Counted from the stretch's first letter, positions 46,791 through 56,649 are shown. The stretch: DNA of 64,000 bases from Candidatus Nitrosymbiomonas proteolyticus (GCA_017347465.1 AP021858.1:1256472-1320471); one strand, 5' to 3'. Program-made: numbers and translations. Notes: generated by a model from the sequence alone, not told the origin.

Positions 46791-48158
46791 TCACGAAGGA
46801 CGGAACGTCTTGAACGGGATGCTCCGGTCGAGGAGCCTGGCGAGTTCTGCGAAGTCGGCGACGTGCCCTTGAGCGAGGAACTGAACGCCGAGGTTCCCCA
46901 GAACGGTCGCTTCCTGGGGGCCTGCGATCACGGGCCTTCGAGTCGCGTCCGCAAGGGCTTGGCACAATTGCGTACTGGCCGATCCACCTCCGGCGATCCG
47001 GACCTCATCGATCTCCCGTCCAGTCACCGACGTCAGCTTGTCCAAATGACCGGCGAGCGTACGGACGAGGCTATGAAGCGCGAGACTCGCCCACTCCTCC
47101 GAGTTCGCCATCTGGAAGCCCTGCATCCGCGCGGCTTCGATCATGGATTGCGGGCTGAAAAGCGTGGGGTCGAAGAGGTCGAGCGACTCCCCTGAGTCGG
47201 GCGCCGCAGTCGCGAGCCAAGACGGGACGTCCTCGCGAATTCCGAGTTCTTGGTGCAGCCGGTTGATCACGTAGAAACCGGGGATGTTGGCGAGAAACCG
47301 AACTCGGCCATCGGCCGCCCGTTCGTTGGTGAAGTTCGCGTCTTCTGACTTCGTGTCGGCCAGCGGAGCGTCGAGCAGGAGTCCCAGAATCGACCACGTG
47401 CCGACGTTGAGAAACGCTTGGCGCTGCCCCAACGACCCCAATCCCATCACCGCTGAAGCCGTATCGTGGCCCGCGACGCGAACGATCTCCGTGCCACGTG
47501 CGGACTTCCCGACGACGTTTCCGGGGGGTTGAGGCCCGCTCGCGGGAGGCTCGGCGTCGATCCATCGAAAGCAGTCGGCGCACCAACTTCCGTCCAAGCC
47601 GAGGAGTTGGGTCGTGGACGCCTGGGTCAGTTCGTGCCCTGCCGGGGCGCCCAAGAGGTGCGCCATCAGCTCGGGGAGGATCAGCCACCGGACGGAAGGG
47701 CTGTTCAACTCGGGCTGTTCGGAGTATCGGGCCGCCAACTGGTAAACCGTGTTGAACGGCTGATGCTGGATGCCCGTTCGGAGGTACATCTCGTGCCTCA
47801 GGTGGGCCAGCCGATCAAACGCTTCAACGTGCGATGGGTCGCGGTAGCAAACGGGCGGTTGGAGAAGGTCGCCTCCCGGGCCCACGAACCCGTGATCGAC
47901 TCCCCAAGCGTCGATTCCAAGCGTCGCGCCCTTCGCAATCGCAAGCTCTTCGGCCCTTCGGCAAGCCCCAAGGAGCGCGTCGACGTTCCAAACGGTGTGG
48001 GAGCCTTGCTGCAGAGGCTCGTGAGGAGTCTGCTCGACGATTTCAAAGCGAATCGAATCGCCCACAAGCTCTCCGAGGGCGAACCGCACCGAGGTCGCCC
48101 CCATGTCGATCGCGATGGCGCAGGGATTATCGGAGGAACCCCTCACGCACGCCTCCAT
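46791..48158 (-). CDS. rhaB: rhamnulokinase (FGGY family)
   Basis: Matches remembered E. coli RhaB blocks: IDMGATSVR, GIDAWGVD, CYRD, GIQHQPFNTVYQL, GHDTASAV, VGTWSI and FTNERAADGRVRFLANIPG. Confidence 0.8.
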   Translation of the reverse strand: MEACVRGSSDNPCAIAIDMGATSVRFALGELVGDSIRFEIVEQTPHEPLQQGSHTVWNVDALLGACRRAEELAIAKGATLGIDAWGVDHGFVGPGGDLLQPPVCYRDPSHVEAFDRLAHLRHEMYLRTGIQHQPFNTVYQLAARYSEQPELNSPSVRWLILPELMAHLLGAPAGHELTQASTTQLLGLDGSWCADCFRWIDAEPPASGPQPPGNVVGKSARGTEIVRVAGHDTASAVMGLGSLGQRQAFLNVGTWSILGLLLDAPLADTKSEDANFTNERAADGRVRFLANIPGFYVINRLHQELGIREDVPSWLATAAPDSGESLDLFDPTLFSPQSMIEAARMQGFQMANSEEWASLALHSLVRTLAGHLDKLTSVTGREIDEVRIAGGGSASTQLCQALADATRRPVIAGPQEATVLGNLGVQFLAQGHVADFAELARLLDRSIPFKTFRPS

Positions 48159-50214
48159 CCACCGGGATCACACAGCCCGTCGTCTTGCCGCTCCGCCTCT
48201 CGCTCGCCAGCCAGGCGATGGCTTCGGCAACGTCGCGAGTGCTGACTTCGACGCCCAGCATCGAGCGCTTTCGATAGTATTCGGGCAACTCGCTTGGGTC
48301 AATGTTGAGCAGCTTCGCGGTTTCTTCGCGCCAACGGTCGTTCCAGATCGAGGAGCCTTGAAGCACCGCGTCCGGGTTGACGGCATTGCACCGAATCCCG
48401 TACTTGGCGAGATCGGCCGCCGCGCTCCGCATGAGGTGAAGTTCGAAGGACTTGGCCGCAGAATAAATCGCCGCGTTCGAACCGACCGCCACTCCGTTTT
48501 TCGATCCCACCGTGACCATCCACCCGCCCAAGCCCTGCCGAATGAGTAGGCGGGCGGCTTCCCGGGTCGCCAGGAAGTAGCCCTTCATAAGCAGGTCGCT
48601 CAGGAACTGAAAGTCGGCGTCGGAGGTCTCGGCAACTGAGCCTCGGCGGGCGTTGCCTGCGGAGATCACCACCCCATCGATCCCACCAAACTTGAGAACG
48701 ACCTCTTCAAACCCGCGCTGTACGGAAGCTGGGTCCGTTACATCGCAGCGCACGGCGAGCGTCGAACCTGGGGACGCCGAAGTAGACTCCACGAGCGTCT
48801 GCGCCCGTTCCAGCGCCGACTCGTCGATGTCGAACAGCGCGACAGAAGCGCCGGCGCTTGCGAGCAGTTCGGCTGTGGCGAGTCCGATTCCGTTCGCGCC
48901 TCCTGTGATCACGGCGACCTGCCCGGCAAACTCTTTCGGGGGAGGCATTCGGCGCAGTTTGGCCTCCTCGAGCTGCCAATACTCGATGTCGAAGGCCTCC
49001 TGTTCGGGCAGAGCCGCGTACTCGCTGACGGCCTCCGCGCCCTTCATGACCTCGATCGCGTTGCGGTAGAAGCTGGCCGTGATTCGAGCCTCCGAGGGCG
49101 ATTTTGCCCAGGCGATCATCCCCAGGCCGCGAACCAGCATCACGCTCGGATTGGGGTTTCGCATCGGGGGCGAGTCGCTCCGCTTGCACCGCTCGTAATA
49201 GGCTGCGTACTCCTCGCGGAACCCTGAAAGCGCTTTGTCGAGCCAGTCGCCGACCTCGGCCGTGGGCGGCGCATCGAGCACGAGCGGGCGGATCTTCGTT
49301 CGGAGAAAATGGTCCGGGCAACTCGTTCCCAACTTTGCGAGCCGTTCGAACTTCTCAGAGCCGAGGAACTCCTGAACTTCCGGCCCCGCGTCCACATGGG
49401 CGACCCAGCGCTGGCCCACATGCGCGACCTTGCCTCTGATTTCGGGGAGCACGCGAAGGGCTGCGCCTCGGACGGCTTCCTCGGTTGGGGGGGCGGATAG
49501 CATGGCTCCGAAGGGCTGACCGTGGCCCCCTGCAAGAAACGCTTCGGCCTCGCGAATCAATTCAAGAGAAAGGTCGTAGCACTCGTGCCAATCGCCCGCC
49601 CAACAGATATAGCCGTGCGAACCCATCAACGCGCCTCGCAGGCCGGGGTTGGCGCGAATCAAATCCCTCAACATCAACCCCAACTCGAATCCGGGACGCT
49701 TCCAAGGCAAGAAGCCGAGTTTGCCCCCCCAAACCTCGTGAGTGAGTCTTTCGGCGTCTCTGCTGGCCGCGATCGCGATCACAGCGTCGGCGTGGAGGTG
49801 CGAAACGCAGGGGTCCGGCACAAACGCATGAAGCGGGGTGTCGATGCTGCAAGGGGTGGGATTGAGGTTGAACGTGCAATGGGAATACAAAGGTACGAGA
49901 TCGTCCTCGGGGGTTCCCGATGCAAACTTCTGCTCGAGCGCGAGTACCTTGTTCAAGTAAAGAGATGCGAAGTTTGAGGCCTTGGCCGAACCCAAGTCCC
50001 CTCCGGAGCCTTTGACCCACAGCACATCGACCTCTTCTCCCGTCAGGGGGTCGATCTCCGTTCGCTTCAGGCTGGTGTTCCCCCCTCCAAAGTTGGTGAC
50101 TCGAAGGTCGGAACCCAGCAAATTGGAGGCATAAACGAGCTGGTCGAAACTGTCACTTGGTGCGCGCTTGGGGTCCCATAGGTTTGGCACGCTTGGCTCG
50201 CGAAGGGTCGCCAT
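48127..50214 (-). CDS. bifunctional class II aldolase / short-chain dehydrogenase (RhaEW-like)
   Basis: 695 aa. N-terminal aldolase/adducin-type domain (NFGGGNTS) is fused to a C-terminal SDR (VAVITGGANGIGLAT and YSAAK). Confidence 0.85.
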   Translation of the reverse strand: MATLREPSVPNLWDPKRAPSDSFDQLVYASNLLGSDLRVTNFGGGNTSLKRTEIDPLTGEEVDVLWVKGSGGDLGSAKASNFASLYLNKVLALEQKFASGTPEDDLVPLYSHCTFNLNPTPCSIDTPLHAFVPDPCVSHLHADAVIAIAASRDAERLTHEVWGGKLGFLPWKRPGFELGLMLRDLIRANPGLRGALMGSHGYICWAGDWHECYDLSLELIREAEAFLAGGHGQPFGAMLSAPPTEEAVRGAALRVLPEIRGKVAHVGQRWVAHVDAGPEVQEFLGSEKFERLAKLGTSCPDHFLRTKIRPLVLDAPPTAEVGDWLDKALSGFREEYAAYYERCKRSDSPPMRNPNPSVMLVRGLGMIAWAKSPSEARITASFYRNAIEVMKGAEAVSEYAALPEQEAFDIEYWQLEEAKLRRMPPPKEFAGQVAVITGGANGIGLATAELLASAGASVALFDIDESALERAQTLVESTSASPGSTLAVRCDVTDPASVQRGFEEVVLKFGGIDGVVISAGNARRGSVAETSDADFQFLSDLLMKGYFLATREAARLLIRQGLGGWMVTVGSKNGVAVGSNAAIYSAAKSFELHLMRSAAADLAKYGIRCNAVNPDAVLQGSSIWNDRWREETAKLLNIDPSELPEYYRKRSMLGVEVSTRDVAEAIAWLASERRSGKTTGCVIPVDGGVREGFLR

Positions 50215-50274
50215 GCTTCGAGTATGAAGTCAAAGGGCCTGCCCGCGCGAGGCTTTGTGCGCGATACTCGAAGG

Positions 50275-50610
50275 ATGACGCAGATCGAATGGGCGGACTT
50301 CGAAAGGGTAGAGCTTCGCGTCGGCACGGTCGTATCCGCCGAGTCCTTGGAAGGCGCGCGGAAGCCCGCTTATCGGCTCAAAGTGGACTTCGGGGAGCTT
50401 GGGGTGAAGTCGTCGAGCGCGCAAATCACCGCGCATTACCGTGCTGAGCAACTCGTGGGCAGGCAAGTAGTGGCCGTCCTGAACTTCCCTCCCAAGAGGA
50501 TCGCGGGGTTTCTGTCGGAAGTGCTCGTTACGGGGTTCGCCGACGAGAACGGAGAGGTCGTACTGGCCGTGCCCGAAAGAAAGGTTCCCAACGGCTCCAA
50601 GCTATTCTGA
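50275..50610 (+). CDS. csaA: tRNA-binding (EMAP/CsaA-type) chaperone protein
   Basis: FERVELRVGTVVSAE...KPAYRLKVDFGELG...SSAQIT motif set. 111 aa from MTQIEW. Confidence 0.8.
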   Translation: MTQIEWADFERVELRVGTVVSAESLEGARKPAYRLKVDFGELGVKSSSAQITAHYRAEQLVGRQVVAVLNFPPKRIAGFLSEVLVTGFADENGEVVLAVPERKVPNGSKLF

Positions 50611-50961
50611 GAGGGGTTGCTTGAGCGAGAAACTGGTCCCGCAACCGCAACTTCGTTCGGCGTTGGGGTTGTCGAAGACGAAGCCGTTGCCGATCAGGTT
50701 GCCGGAGAACCGCAGAACCGAACCTTGAAGCACCTTGGCAGAGCGGGGATCGCAGACGATCTCGAGGTCGCCCTCCTTCTGCACGAGGTCGTCGGCCCGG
50801 CGTCGGTCGTCGGGAAAAATCACGTATTCGAGGCCCGAGCAGCCTCCGCCCTTGACGCCGACCCGCAAGAACGCGTCAGGGTTTCCCGCTCGTGCCAACA
50901 AGCGATGCGCTTGCGCGATCGCTTCGGGGGTCAGCGTTACGGGAAACCCTACTTCGTTCAT
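50602..50961 (-). CDS. HesB/IscA-family iron-sulfur cluster insertion protein
   Basis: GGGCSGLEY and C-terminal CGCGTSF motifs. 119 aa. Confidence 0.85.
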   Translation of the reverse strand: MNEVGFPVTLTPEAIAQAHRLLARAGNPDAFLRVGVKGGGCSGLEYVIFPDDRRRADDLVQKEGDLEIVCDPRSAKVLQGSVLRFSGNLIGNGFVFDNPNAERSCGCGTSFSLKQPLSE

Positions 50962-51446
50962 GTTCCGGCCATGCGTTTCTGAAACTTCTCCATCCGCTGA
51001 ACGCGCTCCACCATCTTGAGCTTCGATCGGTTACTGACGTCGAGCACGTCTGCGAGGGTCCTATTCTGTAATACGCGATCGACGGCTTCTTGGACTTCAG
51101 CGAACACGAATTGAACGGCGCAATCGCCTTCGTGGATGCACCTATGAGACAGCCCGCTGTGGCGAGCGCAGAAGTTGGGCTCGATGAGCCTGCCGCCCAA
51201 AGCCTCAAAGACGTCTCCCAGAATGATGGCCTTCGGCTCCATGGCGAGATAGTAGCCCCCGGCATGGCCTCGAACGCTCTTGATGAACCCAGACTTCCTG
51301 AGCAGCATCAGCAACTTCGCCACATGGGGATGGCTCAACTGTTCTTCTTTGGCAATCTGAGGGATGGTCTTGCTTTGTCCGGGCTCGCATTGGGCGATGG
51401 ACAAGAGACACCGCAGACCGTATTCTTCCTGTGTGCTGAACTTCAT
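50958..51446 (-). CDS. Rrf2-family transcriptional regulator (IscR/SufR-like)
   Basis: MKFSTQEEYGLRCLLSIAQ N-terminal wHTH. Three Cys (CARHSGLSHRCIHEGDC) in the cluster-ligand position. Confidence 0.8.
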   Translation of the reverse strand: MKFSTQEEYGLRCLLSIAQCEPGQSKTIPQIAKEEQLSHPHVAKLLMLLRKSGFIKSVRGHAGGYYLAMEPKAIILGDVFEALGGRLIEPNFCARHSGLSHRCIHEGDCAVQFVFAEVQEAVDRVLQNRTLADVLDVSNRSKLKMVERVQRMEKFQKRMAGT

Positions 51447-51541
51447 TTTCGAGAGGTCTCCTAGTTCGGCGACCGAACTTTTAGTCAAAGAATACGCACG
51501 CAGTCAGATTGACTCTATGACGGCGGTCAGGTTTGCGAAAA

Positions 51542-51919
51542 TTACAGCAAACCCAGCAGGAGCTTGACCTCGTCGGACATTCGATCGATGGAGAACGGTG
51601 GGTCCCAGGTGAGCTCGACTGTAACGTTCTTGAGTGAGGGGATCAACCTCACCTTTTCTTCGACCTCCAGCGGCAACTCTTCTGCGACCGGGCACATGGG
51701 CGAGGTCAGCGTCATGACGATGCGCGCGTCGGCGCTTTCATCGACGGCCACCTCGTAAATGAGGCCAAGGTCGTAGATGTTGACGGGAATCTCGGGGTCG
51801 TAGATGCACCGGAGAACGTCAACGACCTCGCCTTCGAGGACGGTGCGTTCGATGGAGTTGAGCCCCGATCTTCGAACGGGCTCTACGTCGGTCTCTTGCT
51901 TGCGAATCGGTTCGGGCAT
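51542..51919 (-). CDS. sufT: DUF59/MIP18-family Fe-S assembly protein (SufT-like)
   Basis: VLRCIYDPEIPVNIYDLGLIY...TLTSPMCP motif. 125 aa. Located in the suf operon. Confidence 0.8.
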   Translation of the reverse strand: MPEPIRKQETDVEPVRRSGLNSIERTVLEGEVVDVLRCIYDPEIPVNIYDLGLIYEVAVDESADARIVMTLTSPMCPVAEELPLEVEEKVRLIPSLKNVTVELTWDPPFSIDRMSDEVKLLLGLL

Positions 51920-51923
51920 GGAC

Positions 51924-52373
51924 CTATTCCGTCGTGGCGACTTCCTCTCCCTCGAGCGCCGCGATGACCGTGTGCCAAGGGAGCGTCGCGCATTTGACCC
52001 TTGCTGGGTAGTCCTTCACGCCTTCGAGGGCTTGGATTTCTGGGTAGATCTCGGCCACTTCGTTTAGGCTACCGTCTGCGGAGAGCGCGGCGTGGACTTT
52101 CTCGAACAAAGCCCGTACGTCGGCCAGTGACTTTCCCCGGATGCACTCGGTCATCATGCTGGCGGAAGCGGTCGAAATGGCGCACCCGATCCCATCGAAC
52201 CGGACGTCGGACACCACGCCGTCCGAGATCGTCAGGTCAAGGCTGATCTGATCCCCGCAGAGCGGGTTGTGCCCTTCGGCGTGGCTCGAAGGCGCGTCGA
52301 TTCGCCCCCGGTTTCGGGGCCTGCGGTTGTGGTCGAGGATCACCTCTTGATACAGGTCGCTGACTTCAGACAT
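51924..52373 (-). CDS. sufU: SUF sulfur-transfer scaffold SufU
   Basis: LYQEVILDHNRRPRN, NPLCGD, GCAIS and DYPARVKCATL motifs. Start at MSEVSDLY overlaps the sufS stop. Confidence 0.85.
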   Translation of the reverse strand: MSEVSDLYQEVILDHNRRPRNRGRIDAPSSHAEGHNPLCGDQISLDLTISDGVVSDVRFDGIGCAISTASASMMTECIRGKSLADVRALFEKVHAALSADGSLNEVAEIYPEIQALEGVKDYPARVKCATLPWHTVIAALEGEEVATTE

Positions 52374-53658
52374 GCGCGCCTCCACGAAAGAGCCTCTGGG
52401 CGAGTTCGAGAGCCCTGCAAAGCCGCTCAATCTCGCTGGCAGTATTGTAGAAAGCGAACGACGCTCTCACGGTCGCAGGAACCTGAAGGCGCTGCATCAA
52501 GGGCATGGCGCAGTGGTGGCCCGCGCGCACCGCAACCCCCTCTGAATCGAGCAACGTTCCGACGTCATGGGGGTGGATTCCCTCGACGACGAAAGAGAGC
52601 GGCCCGCAGGATGGGCTCGTCGGACACAGCACCCGGATCCCTTCGAGTTGGTTCAGCGCCTTGGCCGCTTCCTGCGCGAGCGCAACTTCGTACGCCTCGA
52701 TTCGTTCCAACGCGGTTTCGAGGTCGCCGTCCCCGAGGCTCTTCAAGTAGTCGAGAGTCGCCGCCCAACCCACCGTGCCCGCGATGTTGGGAGTCCCGGC
52801 TTCGAACTTAGCAGGTGGAGGAGCGTAGGTCGATCCGGATTCGGTGACCTTGAGGATCATGTCTCCCCCGCCTTGGTAGGGCTCCATCTCATCGAGGAGG
52901 GCCCTGCGCCCGTAAAGCGCGCCGATTCCGGTGGGGCCGTAAGCCTTGTGCGCGGAAATCGCATAGAAGTCGACGCCTAAGCGTTGTACGTCGATCGACC
53001 TGTGGGGCGCGGCCTGCGCGCCGTCAACGACTACGAACGCCCCGGCTTCGTGCGCGGTCTGCGCCATCCGCTCCACAGGGTTGGCGATTCCCAAAACGTT
53101 GCTCGCGTGAGTGAAGGCGCAAAGGAACGGCTTTTCCTCCAACGCGCGTTCGAAGGCAACGAGGTCGAGTTCGCCCGAATCGAGGACAGGAACGAACCGG
53201 ATCGTTGCGCCCGTCTGCTTCGCCACCAACTGCCAAGGAACGATGTTGGAGTGGTGTTCGAGTTGGGTGAGAACGATGAGATCGCCGGGGCGAAGTCTCG
53301 GCCGAGCGAAGGACTGGGCCACCAAGTTGAGGGACTCGGTGCAGCCCCTCGTGAACACGATCTCGCTCGCATCCTCGGCGCGGACGAGTTCCCGGACGGC
53401 CTCGCGGGCGCTTTCGTAGAGTTCGGTCGCCCGAACGCTGAGCGAGTGAACCCCGCGGTGGACGTTCGCGTTCGATTCCTCGTAGTACGACCGGACCGCT
53501 TCGATCATGGCCCGCGGCTTTTGGGTGGTCGCGGCGTTGTCCAGGTAAGTCAAGGGCTTGCCGTTGACCGTCGTTTGCAGGATCGGGAAGTCCGCCCGAA
53601 TTGCCTCGACGTCCCATCGCGTCGAGTTGGGTTCGAATCGGGGCTGCGGCGCGGACAT
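52366..53658 (-). CDS. sufS: cysteine desulfurase SufS
   Basis: YLDNAATTQKP, SAHKAYGPTGIG (PLP Lys) and RAGHHCA (catalytic Cys loop). 430 aa. Confidence 0.9.
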   Translation of the reverse strand: MSAPQPRFEPNSTRWDVEAIRADFPILQTTVNGKPLTYLDNAATTQKPRAMIEAVRSYYEESNANVHRGVHSLSVRATELYESAREAVRELVRAEDASEIVFTRGCTESLNLVAQSFARPRLRPGDLIVLTQLEHHSNIVPWQLVAKQTGATIRFVPVLDSGELDLVAFERALEEKPFLCAFTHASNVLGIANPVERMAQTAHEAGAFVVVDGAQAAPHRSIDVQRLGVDFYAISAHKAYGPTGIGALYGRRALLDEMEPYQGGGDMILKVTESGSTYAPPPAKFEAGTPNIAGTVGWAATLDYLKSLGDGDLETALERIEAYEVALAQEAAKALNQLEGIRVLCPTSPSCGPLSFVVEGIHPHDVGTLLDSEGVAVRAGHHCAMPLMQRLQVPATVRASFAFYNTASEIERLCRALELAQRLFRGGAHV

Positions 53659-53777
53659 GTTGCTTATCTCCCCTCCTTGCCCTGAACTTGGGCGGCCGCA
53701 CCGACTCTGCCAGGCTCCCGGGGCACTTGGGGGAGGTGGAGCGTCGAGTGGGCGAGAGTGGGCTTCATTGGGAACCC

Positions 53778-55112
53778 TCAGTGGCCGGACTCGGCGAGCT
53801 TTTGGTACAGCCTTGCCTCCAGCGCTTCTCGGGTCGCCTGATCCTCAATCCGCTCGAGCACTTCCGCTGCGAACGCATAAATCAGCAGGTTGCGAGCCTC
53901 GACGAAGGGGATTCCCCGCGAGCGAAGGTAGAACATCGCGTCGGCGGGAAGCTGGCCGACCGTGGCCCCATGCGTACACTTGACGTCGTCGGCGAAAATC
54001 TCGAGTTGAGGCTTTGTGTTGATCGTGGCCGTGGGCGAGAGCAATAGCGCCTGGTTGGTCTGCTTGGCGTCCGTCTTCTGCGCGTCCTCATAGACGAAAA
54101 TCTTCCCGTTGAAGACCCCCGTCGCAGACCCGTCGAGAATCCCCTTGTACGCCTCGAACGAGTGGCAATGCGGCTCGGCGTGGTCGATTCGAGTGTGATG
54201 GGCCAGGTGCTGGCGCTCAACGCCTACATACACCCCGTCGAGACGGGTTTCCGTGAGCGATCCCGCAAGCCAGACGTTGACGTCGAGTCGCGAGATTTGG
54301 CAGCCGAACGTGGCCGCGATCGAGGTGAAGTTCGACTCTGCTTCCTGGCGCGCAAAAACGGACGAAACGTTTCGCGAGGTAAGAGACTCGTCTTGAAATC
54401 GAACGTGGGTGAATTCGGCCCTTTGCGCCAGTTCGACCTCGGCCACTCCCAGCGCCAGCGAGTTCTCCGCGTCACCGACGTGCGCCTCGATCAGGGTGCC
54501 TTTCGAGTCTTCCTCAGCGAGAACCAATACCCTCGGGAAAGAAACCGTCGGGGCCGCGCCGGAGGTAACGAACACCACGCTCAGCGGGGCGTCGAGTCGG
54601 ACACCTCGCGAAAGGCGAACTAGGGCTCCATCTGCCAGGTTGGCCGAGTTGTACTTGACGACTCGCTCATCGTTCGTCGATCCCAACTTCCCCGAGAACG
54701 TGGCGTGGCGCCCCAGCGCCGAGAGGTCCTCGGAAGAACATTCTGAAAACGGGCTCACGATGACGCCTGCCGGCAACTCAGAAAGGCGGGAAAGGGCCGG
54801 TGAGAAGACGCCGTTGACGAACACAAGAGACGGGCCGCTCCCGCTCAAGGCAGGCCAGCGGTCCAGCGATACCGCCTCCGGGCGCCCGTCTCGAACGGGT
54901 ACGAACTCAATGTCCCGGAGCGACTGGAGCGAAGTGTATTTCCACTCTTCATGTTTGTCTGAAGACGGGGCGGGCTCAGCCTCGATCGATCGGGCCGCTG
55001 CCACGCGAATCGAGTCCCAATGCGCTCCGGCCGAAAACTTCGGTTCGAGCCCGAAGTTGCGCCACCACAAAGGACCTCGCGCGGTCTGCGAGATCGTGGA
55101 AGAACCGGCCAT
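53778..55112 (-). CDS. sufD: Fe-S cluster assembly protein SufD
   Basis: C-terminal LEIFADDVKCTHGATVGQL...FYLRSRGI. HGAT rather than the HEAT of SufB indicates SufD. Start at MAGSSTI, 2 nt after the sufC stop. Confidence 0.85.
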   Translation of the reverse strand: MAGSSTISQTARGPLWWRNFGLEPKFSAGAHWDSIRVAAARSIEAEPAPSSDKHEEWKYTSLQSLRDIEFVPVRDGRPEAVSLDRWPALSGSGPSLVFVNGVFSPALSRLSELPAGVIVSPFSECSSEDLSALGRHATFSGKLGSTNDERVVKYNSANLADGALVRLSRGVRLDAPLSVVFVTSGAAPTVSFPRVLVLAEEDSKGTLIEAHVGDAENSLALGVAEVELAQRAEFTHVRFQDESLTSRNVSSVFARQEAESNFTSIAATFGCQISRLDVNVWLAGSLTETRLDGVYVGVERQHLAHHTRIDHAEPHCHSFEAYKGILDGSATGVFNGKIFVYEDAQKTDAKQTNQALLLSPTATINTKPQLEIFADDVKCTHGATVGQLPADAMFYLRSRGIPFVEARNLLIYAFAAEVLERIEDQATREALEARLYQKLAESGH

Positions 55113-55114
55113 CG

Positions 55115-55873
55115 TCAGTTGGCCCCTGCCGTTGCGCCTGTAAGCGAAGCGTAACCGTGCTCTTCGAGTTCGAGGGCGAGTTCCCGTCCCCCCGATCGCG
55201 CGATTTTGCCATCGACCAAGACATGAACGAAGTCGGGCACGATGTAGTTCAAGAGACGCTGGTAGTGGGTGATGACCAGGAAAGCGCGTTCGGGCCCGCG
55301 GAGACGATTGACGCCGTCGGCGACGACCTTCAAAGCGTCGATGTCGAGGCCGGAGTCGGTTTCGTCCAAGACGCAAAGCTTTGGCTCTAGCATCGCCATT
55401 TGAAAGATCTCGTTGCGTTTCTTCTCGCCGCCCGAGAACCCGTCGTTCACCGACCGGTTCAGCATCGAAGAGTCCAGGCCAAGCTGCTCCGCCTTCTCGC
55501 GGAGGGTCTTGAGGAAGGTCATGGCGTCGATTTCGGGCTTGCCGTTGGCCTTGCGAACCGCGTTCGCCGCCGCCCGAAGGAAATAAGCGTTGCTGACGCC
55601 GGGGATTTCGACCGGATATTGGAAGGCGAGGAACAGGCCCTTCGCGGCTCGCTCTTCTGGAGCCAATTCGAGGATATCCTCGCCGTCGAAGAGAATCTGC
55701 CCCTGAGTAACCTCATAGGCGTCCCGACCCGCGATCACGTTCGCGAGCGTGCTCTTTCCGGAACCGTTCGGGCCCATCACGGCGTGAACTTCGCCGGCTT
55801 TAATCGAAAGACTCAGGCCCTTGAGGATCGCTCTCTCTTCTACGGTCGCGTGGAGATTGGTGATGTGAAGCAT
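55115..55873 (-). CDS. sufC: Fe-S cluster assembly ATPase SufC
   Basis: GPNGSGKST Walker [12 protein letters not shown] signature, [12 protein letters not shown] Walker B. 252 aa. Confidence 0.9.
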   Translation of the reverse strand: MLHITNLHATVEERAILKGLSLSIKAGEVHAVMGPNGSGKSTLANVIAGRDAYEVTQGQILFDGEDILELAPEERAAKGLFLAFQYPVEIPGVSNAYFLRAAANAVRKANGKPEIDAMTFLKTLREKAEQLGLDSSMLNRSVNDGFSGGEKKRNEIFQMAMLEPKLCVLDETDSGLDIDALKVVADGVNRLRGPERAFLVITHYQRLLNYIVPDFVHVLVDGKIARSGGRELALELEEHGYASLTGATAGAN

Positions 55874-55957
55874 AGTCGCAATGTCCTGATTCTAGCCGTT
55901 TTGCGGCTTCTCATGGGCGGCGAGCCAGCCCCTCAAGGCCGACTGTCCCGTGTCTTT

Positions 55958-56437
55958 CTACGCGGCTTCGCGCTTAGAGTTGACAGCCGGGTCCAGATTG
56001 CTTACTTCGAGGCGCGAGCGGGAGCGGTGAATCAGGAATGCGGGAAGGAGCGCGGCGCACCACAGGACCGGCAGGGCCAGGACGCTGGCGACGATGGCAT
56101 CGGTGCCTGAGAAGCCGCTATGGGACTCCTCATGAATCGTGGCGCTGATGTCCTTGAGCTCGCGGTCTGCGGCCTCGCGCTCTGCGGGCGTAGCGGCGGG
56201 GTTCTTGAAGGTCGCCTCCAGCTTCTCGGCAGCCTCATGGAACCTGTGGTCCAGGGCCACCTGCTTGGCCTTGTATTGCGCTCCGACCTCTGCGGTCCAA
56301 AACGAGGTCCCGACGAGGTACAGAGCGGTTCCGAGCAGGGCCCACTTGACGAACCGAATCCCAAACCGGTTTCCTGACTGCGTGCGAGGTGCCATCGTGC
56401 TTGATTCTCGGTCGAAGGCGATGGATTCGATAGACAT
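55958..56437 (-). CDS. hypothetical membrane protein
   Basis: Start taken at MSIESIAF. Two TM segments flank a helical region. The longer ORF would overlap tRNA-Asn. Confidence 0.4.
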   Translation of the reverse strand: MSIESIAFDRESSTMAPRTQSGNRFGIRFVKWALLGTALYLVGTSFWTAEVGAQYKAKQVALDHRFHEAAEKLEATFKNPAATPAEREAADRELKDISATIHEESHSGFSGTDAIVASVLALPVLWCAALLPAFLIHRSRSRLEVSNLDPAVNSKREAA

Positions 56438-56573
56438 GGGGGAGCCGCGCGGGACGTTGGGGTGGGTCTTCCTCGGCTCGCGGATGAGCGCTCGGCTTGG
56501 CGGGACTTGAGACCCCGGCCCTATTCTCCAGGCCGGTCCCAGCCGATTACGTAGGGTAGAATCGGGTTCGCGT

Positions 56574-56649
56574 TGCCGCATAGCTCAGTCGGTAGAGCAG
56601 CTGACTGTTAATCAGCGGGTCGTAGGTTCGAGTCCTACTGCGGCAGCCA
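56574..56649 (+). tRNA. tRNA-Asn(GTT)
   Basis: Acceptor TGCCGCA/TGCGGCA, D-arm TAGCTCAGTCGGTAGAGCA, anticodon loop CTGTTAA, T-loop TTCGAGT, encoded CCA. Confidence 0.9.

Noticed and set aside
53778-55376. 532-aa version of the SufD ORF
   Set aside because: The first 88 codons overlap sufC in another frame and are Arg-rich. MAGSSTI at 55112, 2 nt after the sufC stop, gives a normal-length SufD.
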